This document shows positions 6,551 through 14,048 of a stretch of 32,000 nt of DNA, piece by piece; the stretch's first letter is position 1, and each line of letters starts with the position of its first letter. Where the stretch lies: NCBI RefSeq assembly GCF_000146505.1, contig NC_017448.1, positions 60,001 through 92,000 on the forward strand, in the 5' to 3' direction. Under the pieces are notes generated by a model, which was not told the DNA's origin, did no database searches, and saw only the letters and a program-made list of their open reading frames with translations. Both the position numbers and the translations under genes were made by a program. The DNA comes from Fibrobacter succinogenes subsp. succinogenes S85 (GTDB taxonomy: Bacteria > Fibrobacterota > Fibrobacteria > Fibrobacterales > Fibrobacteraceae).

Positions 6551-8944
6551 ATGACTTCTAATAATCGTCGCTGTGTTGTTTCTGGCCTTGGCGTTATCTG
6601 CGCCGTAGGCAACAATGTTGAAGAAACCTGGAAAAACGCCCTGAATTCCGTCTCCGGTATTCACAAGACTACTTCGCTCGATACCAAGAACTGCTATGCA
6701 GACCTCGCTGCCGAAGTGAACTGTGATACGCTGGACGATATCGAATGCCCGGACGAAAAGGACCGCGCCTCCAAGCTCTGCATCAAGGCTATGAAAGAAG
6801 CCCTGAACGATGCAGGTCTCGGTGACTTTGCCGATAGCAGCCGCGTAAGCGTCATCATCGGTAGCTGCGTGGGTGGAGTCCTCAGCATTGAACAGTACCA
6901 CCGCCACGGTAAGAACGTCAACGAAATTCCGAAGATGCCCATTGCCGCAATCGCCTCCCAGGTGGCAGAAGCTTGCCATGCGGGCGGCATTGTCACGAAC
7001 GTGGGCAACGCTTGCGCTGCCGGTACGATTTCCATTGCTCTTGCTTGCGACCTTATCCGCGCAGGCAAGGCTGATGTCGTGATCGCCGGTGGCTCCGACT
7101 CCTTTGCTTCTGTTCCGTATTCCGGCTTCCTTTCTCTCCATGCCTTGGACGAAAATGGTTGCTCTCCGTTCAACCACTGCAACGGCATCACCCTCGGTGA
7201 AGGCGCTGGCATCGTGATTGTCGAATCTCTGGAACATGCCGAAAAGCGTAACGCCAAACGTTATTGCGAAGTTCTCGGCGCAGGTGTCACAAGCGACGCT
7301 CACCACATTACGGCTCCTCGCGAAGATGGCGTCTGCCTCCTCGAAGCGATGGACCGCGCTGTCAAGAATTCTGGCATCAAGAAGTCTGACATCGGTTATC
7401 TGAACGCTCATGGTACGGGTACGGGCAAGAACGACAATGCAGAAATCAATGCATTCCACAAGTTCTTCGACGAAGAAAATCCGACCTTGAGTGTCAGTTC
7501 GACCAAGGTAATGACGGGCCACTGCCTCGGCGCTGCCGGTGCAATCGAAGCCGTGTTCAGCATCAAGGCTCTCACGACGAATACCGTTTTGCCGACGCTC
7601 CATTACACTGCCGAAGATTCCGAAGCCCTCAAGGCCAAGGTCGGCACGATGGACTATGTGCAGAACACCCCGCGTGCCAAGGAACTCGAATGCGTCATGA
7701 GCAACAACGTCGCTTTCGGCGGCACGAACGCAAGTATCGTGTTCAGCAAGAAGCCGGGCGATGTGCAGAGCCAGGTCGCTAAGGATAAGAAGATTGCTGT
7801 GACAGGTATTGGCATTGTAAGCCCGATCGGTAACAGCAAGGAAATATACCTTGACGCCGTCAAGAACGGTAAGCTCCCGGAATCCGCTTCCATTTGCTCT
7901 ACCGTCACGAACGACGACTACAAGGAACTCGGCATCAAGATGGCCTTCTACCGCAAGCTCGACAATCTGGGCCAGCTCCAGACCGTGTCCGGCATGCGCG
8001 CCCTCAAGGATGCAAACTTTACGGTCACTGAAGACAACGCCAAGCAGATTGGTATCATCGTGGGTACTAGCGAAGGCGGCCTCGGTGCCACTTACGATTT
8101 CGAGGAACTCATTGCCGAAGCCGGTAATGCAGGCGGTAGCGCCTTCAAGTTCCCTCACACAGTTTATAATGCCGCCGGTGGTTACCTCTCGATTCTCTCT
8201 GGAATCAAGGGCTACGGCGTCACCATCACGACGGGTCCGCTCTCCGGTCTCGATAGCATCGGCTACTCCATGAATGTCATCCACGACGGTCAGGAAGAGG
8301 CTATGATGGCTACGGGTACGGACGAAAACCTCCCGATCATCACCGAACTTTGCCAGAAGATGAACGTCGCCGCCGACAAAGTGGTGGAACCGTATTCCAA
8401 CTCCAATGGCTTTGTGGTGGGCGATGGCTCCGTTTCTATCATCATGGAAACCGAAGACTACGCCAAGTCCCGTGGTGCAAAGGTTTACTGCTACGCCCTC
8501 GGTTACGGCAACGGCCGCAAGAACGTGAAGTTCGGCCACATCTCCGGTTCTGACGAAGCTCTTGACCTTGCTATCAAGGATGCTCTCAACGATGCAGGCG
8601 TGAGCATTGACGAAATTGACGCTGTCTGCGGTTTTGCAAACGGCTTCAAGAAGATTGACGATATCGAAAAGGGTGCATACGCACGCGTGTTTGGCGACAA
8701 GCTTGCAAGCCTCCCGCTCTTCCAGGTGAAGGAACGCGTGGGCGAAGGCCGTGCCGCTTCCGCGACACTCGCCGCTGCCGAAGCTGCTCTCATGCTCGGT
8801 GGTGAACTTGCCGAAGAAAACGCCTACTTTATCGCAAATGGCGAAGTGTCCAAGAAGAAGGTCGCAACAGCGGGCTTCAAGAAGATCTTGGTCACTTCCT
8901 TTGCAACGGGTGGTTCTTACAGCGCCGTCGTTCTCGGTAAATAA
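6551..8944 (+). CDS. Fused beta-ketoacyl synthase (KS) and KS-like chain-length-factor-like domain
   Basis: The N-half has the Cys-His-His triad (GNACAAG, DAHHITAP, NAHGTGT) plus KVMTGHCLGAAG. The C-half starts like a KS (IAVTGIGIVSPIG) but has TGPLSGLDS where the Cys belongs and CGFANGF where the second His motif belongs. The ORF is open from TTG 6536, but the ATG at 6551 (MTSNNRRCVVSGLG) is preferred. Confidence 0.85.
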   Translation: MTSNNRRCVVSGLGVICAVGNNVEETWKNALNSVSGIHKTTSLDTKNCYADLAAEVNCDTLDDIECPDEKDRASKLCIKAMKEALNDAGLGDFADSSRVSVIIGSCVGGVLSIEQYHRHGKNVNEIPKMPIAAIASQVAEACHAGGIVTNVGNACAAGTISIALACDLIRAGKADVVIAGGSDSFASVPYSGFLSLHALDENGCSPFNHCNGITLGEGAGIVIVESLEHAEKRNAKRYCEVLGAGVTSDAHHITAPREDGVCLLEAMDRAVKNSGIKKSDIGYLNAHGTGTGKNDNAEINAFHKFFDEENPTLSVSSTKVMTGHCLGAAGAIEAVFSIKALTTNTVLPTLHYTAEDSEALKAKVGTMDYVQNTPRAKELECVMSNNVAFGGTNASIVFSKKPGDVQSQVAKDKKIAVTGIGIVSPIGNSKEIYLDAVKNGKLPESASICSTVTNDDYKELGIKMAFYRKLDNLGQLQTVSGMRALKDANFTVTEDNAKQIGIIVGTSEGGLGATYDFEELIAEAGNAGGSAFKFPHTVYNAAGGYLSILSGIKGYGVTITTGPLSGLDSIGYSMNVIHDGQEEAMMATGTDENLPIITELCQKMNVAADKVVEPYSNSNGFVVGDGSVSIIMETEDYAKSRGAKVYCYALGYGNGRKNVKFGHISGSDEALDLAIKDALNDAGVSIDEIDAVCGFANGFKKIDDIEKGAYARVFGDKLASLPLFQVKERVGEGRAASATLAAAEAALMLGGELAEENAYFIANGEVSKKKVATAGFKKILVTSFATGGSYSAVVLGK

Positions 8945-8965
8945 TTTTTTGAAGGAGAATTTATA

Positions 8966-9697
8966 ATGAAAGTTGCAATCGTTACTGGTTCTTCTAAGGG
9001 GATTGGCAAGGCTTGTGCCTTGCGCCTCGCTCGTGACGGCTACACGGTCGTCGTAAACTACTCCAGCTCTGATGAAGCTGCACTCCAGACGCTTGAACAA
9101 ATTAAGGCTGAAGGTGGCGATGGCATGGTCTACAAGGCTAACGTCGCTGTTCTTGCCGAAGTCAAGCAGATGGTGCGCGATGTTTTCAAGGCTTATGGCC
9201 GTATCGATGTTCTTGTGAACAACGCCGGTATCGTCCGTGACGAATATCTTTTGATGATGAACCCGGATACGCTCGACAAGTGCTTTGACTTGAACGTGAA
9301 GGGCTACTTCTACTGCGCACAGCAGGTCGCTGTCAAGATGTACAAGCAGAAGTCTGGCGTTATCATCAACATGTCTTCTGTTTCTTCTAAGTTTGCTCTC
9401 GCAGGCCAGGCCGTTTACAGTGCCACGAAGGGCGCCGTGAACTCCTTTACGCAGACGCTCGCCAAGGAACTTGGCGGTTACGGCATCCGCGTGAACGCTG
9501 TCGCTCCGGGCTTTGTCGCTACTGAAATGATTGAAGCTATTCCGGAAGAAACCCGCAAGGGCTACCTTGAAAAGGTGCCACTCAAGCGCTTTGCCTCTGC
9601 TGACGAAGTCGCAAACGTCGTTTCCGCTCTCGCTTCTGACCAGTTCGCCTATGTGACGGGTCAGGTCATCGTTTTGGATGGAGGCCTTTCCCTGTGA
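8966..9697 (+). CDS. fabG: 3-oxoacyl-ACP reductase (SDR)
   Basis: Motifs TGSSKGIGKA, VNNAGI and the catalytic YSATKGAV. The SD GAAGGAGAA lies upstream. Length is 243 aa. Confidence 0.9.
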   Translation: MKVAIVTGSSKGIGKACALRLARDGYTVVVNYSSSDEAALQTLEQIKAEGGDGMVYKANVAVLAEVKQMVRDVFKAYGRIDVLVNNAGIVRDEYLLMMNPDTLDKCFDLNVKGYFYCAQQVAVKMYKQKSGVIINMSSVSSKFALAGQAVYSATKGAVNSFTQTLAKELGGYGIRVNAVAPGFVATEMIEAIPEETRKGYLEKVPLKRFASADEVANVVSALASDQFAYVTGQVIVLDGGLSL

Positions 9698-10140
9698 TGA
9701 ACATTTACCAGATCAGCGAAAAAATTGCCCAGCGTCCGCCTTTCCAGATGATTGAAAAGGTCACGGAACTCGTTCCGAACGAATCTGCAACGGGCATCAA
9801 GAATGTCTCTGTAAACGAACCGTACTTCATGGGCCACTTCCCGGGCACCCCGATTATGCCGGGCGTCCTCATTTGCGAAGCTTGCGCCCAGCTCTGCTCT
9901 CTCGTTATCGAGAAGCCGGCTGAAGACCTCGAAAAAAACTTGTACGTTCTTTTGAAGATTGACGGTTTCAAGTTCGTGAAGCCTGTGATTCCGGGCGACC
10001 AGCTCGAAATCTCCGTCAACAAGACGAAGGGCGGTGGAGTCATCGTCGGTTTTGACTGCGTTGTCAAGGTGAACGGCAATGTCCATGCCAAGGGCTCCCT
10101 TACGTTTACGTCTATTCCCAAAGAATCTCTGGGCAAATAA
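9697..10140 (+). CDS. fabZ: 3-hydroxyacyl-ACP dehydratase
   Basis: HFPGTPIMPGVLICEACAQ carries the FabZ His/Glu motif. The ATG at 9697 overlaps the fabG stop (TGATG); a GTG at 9694 is an alternative start. Confidence 0.9.
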   Translation: MNIYQISEKIAQRPPFQMIEKVTELVPNESATGIKNVSVNEPYFMGHFPGTPIMPGVLICEACAQLCSLVIEKPAEDLEKNLYVLLKIDGFKFVKPVIPGDQLEISVNKTKGGGVIVGFDCVVKVNGNVHAKGSLTFTSIPKESLGK

Positions 10141-10156
10141 ATTAATTGTCCTTCGT

Positions 10157-10184
10157 GTCTTCCCGGCCTTGTGCCGGGATCGCC
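10157..10184 (+). repeat. Hairpin repeat family A-like copy inside the operon (GTCTTCCCGGC-CTTGT-GCCGGGATCGCC)
   Basis: 7-bp stem TCCCGGC/GCCGGGA with GTC..TTCCCG / CGGGA.TC.CC flanks resembling 3422-3450. There is no T-run. Confidence 0.55.
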
Positions 10185-10197
10185 TTATATACAGTTG

Positions 10198-10908
10198 ATG
10201 ATTGAGAAAGCGAAAAATATAATTGCTGGTTTGTTTTGGAAGTTTGTGCTCTTCCTCGTTGTTTACGGGGTGCGCACTTACTTGTTAGTCGTTTATCGTC
10301 CCAAGATGACGTTCTTAGGGTCTGTCAAGTCGACTGACCTTAAGGAACCGATGATTATTATTGCTAACCACACGAGCATGCTCGATCCCTTGATGGTGCA
10401 GTCCCTGTTCTTCCACAAGCGCAGTATCGTTGTGGCTAAGGACCAGGTCGAAGACCCGCATTTCAGCTGGGCTTTGAAGCGTTTCAAGAACGTCATTCCT
10501 TGCGACCGCTTTAATCTTGATACCGAATGGGCGCTCCTTGCCAAGAAGGAACTTGAAAAGGGCAATTCCGTTATTATCTTCCCGGAAGGCAAGTGCCGTT
10601 ATGATGGCCTCTTGAATGAGTTCAAGACGGGTTTTGCATTCCTCGCTCGCAGTACGGGTTATCCGGTCCTTTCTCTCGGCATTGACGGCATTTACAAGAT
10701 GGGGCACCGCACGCAGATTTTGGTGGACGAACCCGAAAAGATTGAACGCGTCAAGGGCATTCCGTCTTCCAAGCATCTTGCAGAACGCAGCGAATATTTC
10801 CGCCAGAAGGTTTGGGAACTCAAGCAGCGCGCTTTGGGCCAGACGGGGGCTATTCTCCCTGTGGCTACCGAAACTCCTGCAGAAGTTTTGCCCGAGGAGA
10901 GCAAGTAA
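10198..10908 (+). CDS. Lysophospholipid/1-acyl-sn-glycerol-3-phosphate acyltransferase family protein (PlsC-like), membrane anchored
   Basis: NHTSMLDP (H-x4-D) and IFPEGKC motifs, with an N-terminal hydrophobic helix. The ORF is open from GTG 10171, but that extension reads through the hairpin, so the ATG at 10198 (MIEKAKN) is preferred. Confidence 0.8.
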   Translation: MIEKAKNIIAGLFWKFVLFLVVYGVRTYLLVVYRPKMTFLGSVKSTDLKEPMIIIANHTSMLDPLMVQSLFFHKRSIVVAKDQVEDPHFSWALKRFKNVIPCDRFNLDTEWALLAKKELEKGNSVIIFPEGKCRYDGLLNEFKTGFAFLARSTGYPVLSLGIDGIYKMGHRTQILVDEPEKIERVKGIPSSKHLAERSEYFRQKVWELKQRALGQTGAILPVATETPAEVLPEESK

Positions 10909-11756
10909 TGAAGATTGGCTTGGCTCTAGAAGGCGGTTCGCGTCAGACGATATTCTCGGCAGGCGTTTTGGACGCTTGGCTTGATGAAGGTGTTTATTTC
11001 CCGTATATTTCGGGCGTAAGTGCCGGTTGCCATGCGGCCATGAACTTTGTCACGCGCCAGCGCGGCCGTTTCCGCTATATTATCCAGCCGACCAAAATCC
11101 AGCAGGGTAGGGATAAGGCTCACCGCATTTTTGATGGAATCCAGAAGGAATGCTATGCGCTCCATTACAATGCTGCGTATGGTGATATGCCGTTCGATTT
11201 CCACCTGTTCTTTGGTTCGGGCGTGGAATGCGAATTTGGCCTTACCTGTTTGGAAACCGGCCGTTCGGAATTCTTCCAGGAATACATGAGCGAAAAGCGC
11301 TTGCTCGATATCGTGAACGCGAGCAGTGCCCTCCCGATGCTTTTCCCGATTGCGCAGATTGACGGCAAGCATTATGCAGACGGCTGCGTGACCTCTCCGA
11401 TTCCGTACCAGCGTGCATTCGAGAAGGGCTGCGACAAGGTCGTTGTAGTTTCGACGCATTACCCTGGCGAAATCGTGACGGACTTCCGCAAGTACCGTGT
11501 GATTTTGAATCCGATGTTCAAGCGCAAGTATCCGGATTTCTTCCGTGCGCTCATGTTGCGTTACAAGCGTTACGAGAAGATGTTTGCCGAGATGGAAAAG
11601 CTCGAAAAATCTGGCAAGCTCTTGATTTTCCGCCCGGAAAAGGAAGTTTGCGACCTCTTTGCGACGGATCGTAACGAACTCGACGAATCCTACAACATGG
11701 GGCTTGAATACGCCAAGCGCCGCATGGGTGACCTCAAAGCCTTCATGGAAATTTAA
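10908..11756 (+). CDS. Patatin-like phospholipase
   Basis: GGSRQTIFSAGVLD forms the oxyanion hole, GVSAG is the G-x-S-x-G nucleophile, and YADGCV carries the Asp of the dyad. The start ATG overlaps the upstream stop (TAATG). The ORF-track extension from 10812 overlaps the previous gene and was rejected. Confidence 0.8.
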   Translation: MKIGLALEGGSRQTIFSAGVLDAWLDEGVYFPYISGVSAGCHAAMNFVTRQRGRFRYIIQPTKIQQGRDKAHRIFDGIQKECYALHYNAAYGDMPFDFHLFFGSGVECEFGLTCLETGRSEFFQEYMSEKRLLDIVNASSALPMLFPIAQIDGKHYADGCVTSPIPYQRAFEKGCDKVVVVSTHYPGEIVTDFRKYRVILNPMFKRKYPDFFRALMLRYKRYEKMFAEMEKLEKSGKLLIFRPEKEVCDLFATDRNELDESYNMGLEYAKRRMGDLKAFMEI

Positions 11757-11769
11757 ATGAAATTTGTAA

Positions 11770-11796
11770 AGTCCGCTTTCGAGCGGGCTTTTTTTT
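11770..11796 (+). terminator. Intrinsic terminator ending the ACP-to-patatin operon
   Basis: AGTCCGC-TTTCGA-GCGGGCT stem-loop followed by T8. Confidence 0.75.
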
Positions 11797-11897
11797 GCAT
11801 TGTTACTCCGGTCTCTGTACCGGGGGCGCCTTCTTTTATAAAGAAAAACATTGTTATAAATGTAAAACTTTGTTTACTAAATTCTACAAAATGCATA

Positions 11898-11915
11898 AAC
11901 TTACAAAAATGTAAG
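11898..11915. promoter_or_regulatory. Palindromic 18-mer AACTTACAAAAATGTAAG (copy 1), candidate operator upstream of gdhA
   Basis: An identical 18-mer recurs at 11980-11997. The core is CTTACA-AAAA-TGTAAG. Confidence 0.5.
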
Positions 11916-11979
11916 TGTTTGCTTTGTGTACCCTCGTTTTTTTGCGAAAAAAAGCAATTGGTAAAACTGATGAAAAACT

Positions 11980-11997
11980 AACTTACAAAAATGTAAG
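11980..11997. promoter_or_regulatory. Palindromic 18-mer AACTTACAAAAATGTAAG (copy 2)
   Basis: Identical to 11898-11915, 82 bp away and about 100 bp upstream of the gdhA ATG. Confidence 0.5.
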
Positions 11998-12045
11998 AAA
12001 TTGAAGATTTTTACCCATTTTTCACTTTTTCGGAGCACCCTTTAC

Positions 12046-12053
12046 TATCTTTA
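12046..12053 (+). promoter_or_regulatory. Possible -7 element TATCTTTA for gdhA
   Basis: Near match to TAnnTTTG in the context CTATCTTT, shared with two other upstream regions in the window. Confidence 0.3.
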
Positions 12054-12097
12054 CAGGCGTTAAAACATTAACAATCAAATTCTCAACGGAGATATAA

Positions 12098-13450
<1,353 letters not shown>

Positions 13451-13477
13451 TTTCTAAAAGAAGTTACCACTCTAAAA

Positions 13478-13508
13478 AGTCTCCGGTCAAAAGCCGGAGG
13501 CTTTTTTT
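13478..13508 (+). terminator. Intrinsic terminator of gdhA
   Basis: 9-bp stem AGTCTCCGG-TCAAAAG-CCGGAGGCT followed by T7. Confidence 0.8.
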
Positions 13509-13509
13509 G

Positions 13510-13551
13510 TCTCTAGTCTGTAGGCCGAAGGCCGTTCTTTCGTCTAATAAC
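13510..13551 (+). repeat. Repeat family B copy (TCTCTAGTCT.., GGCC-GAA-GGCC hairpin, GTTCTTTCGTCTAA) flanked by a 17-nt direct duplication
   Basis: GCCGGAGGCTTTTTTTG occurs at 13493-13509 and again at 13552-13568 and brackets the element. The element's architecture matches 3563-3614. Confidence 0.75.
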
Positions 13552-13744
13552 GCCGGAGGCTTTTTTTGCCGTAAATATTTACGGACGTTTACATTACGGA
13601 AAGATGACTTTTTACATACGGGTGATGGTGCAGGGGAGTGTCTTCGTAAATTTTTGACCGGGTTTTTTTAGGAAATTGGAATCACTTGTGGGTGTTTTTG
13701 GGTATTTTTCGGAACGAATTGGACCATCTGACAGATGTTTGAAA

Positions 13745-13760
13745 TGTGATGTATCTCACA
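13745..13760. promoter_or_regulatory. CRP/FNR-type palindrome TGTGATGTATCTCACA
   Basis: Perfect TGTGA-N6-TCACA in the context AAATGTGA...TCACAAAT, about 290 bp upstream of the GGDEF/EAL gene. Confidence 0.35.
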
Positions 13761-13933
13761 AATCCTAGTGTTTATCGGTGTTGAAAGCTAGTTGAAATTA
13801 GTTTGTCAAAATGTTAAAAATTATTTTATATAAAATGAACTTTTTCAGTATTTTAAGCCTATATTCAATGATAGAGAACATGGATACTTGCAAATTTTGA
13901 CCTGTAGGTATCCATGCCAATTAACACAATTAA

Positions 13934-13950
13934 TATTCCAAGTTGGAATA
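13934..13950. promoter_or_regulatory. Perfect 8-1-8 palindrome TATTCCAA-G-TTGGAATA
   Basis: Read directly from the sequence. It lies about 100 bp upstream of the ATG at 14049, and an extra half-site-like AGTTGGA follows. Confidence 0.35.
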
Positions 13951-14048
13951 CTAGAAGTTGGAGTAAATAAATCATTACAAAATTCTTTCGGGGTGTTCTA
14001 TTTTGAAATATTCTGCTTATTTTAGGTGTAAAATAGGATTGGGTTGAC

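Noticed and set aside
6515-9100. 861-aa ORF on the minus strand, plus similar long antisense ORFs at 3633-4985(+), 5166-5969(+), 12083-13015(-), 14898-15923(-), 19542-20807(-), 22071-23570(+) and 27983-29734(+)
   Set aside because: Each lies antisense to a CDS with clear family motifs. Their translations are rich in V/A/R/H/F with no recognisable motifs, which is typical of shadow ORFs opposite genes with strong third-position bias.
10171-10197. GTG-initiated N-terminal extension of the acyltransferase, and the analogous 10812 extension of the patatin gene
   Set aside because: The extensions overlap a hairpin repeat or the preceding CDS. In-frame ATGs at 10198 and 10908 give N-termini typical of the families, and the latter forms a TAATG coupling junction.
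11757-11981. 74-aa ORF after the patatin gene, and the 79-aa ORF at 13432-13671 after gdhA
   Set aside because: Both read straight through intrinsic terminators and repeat or operator sequences in AT-rich intergenic DNA. Neither has an SD or recognisable motifs.
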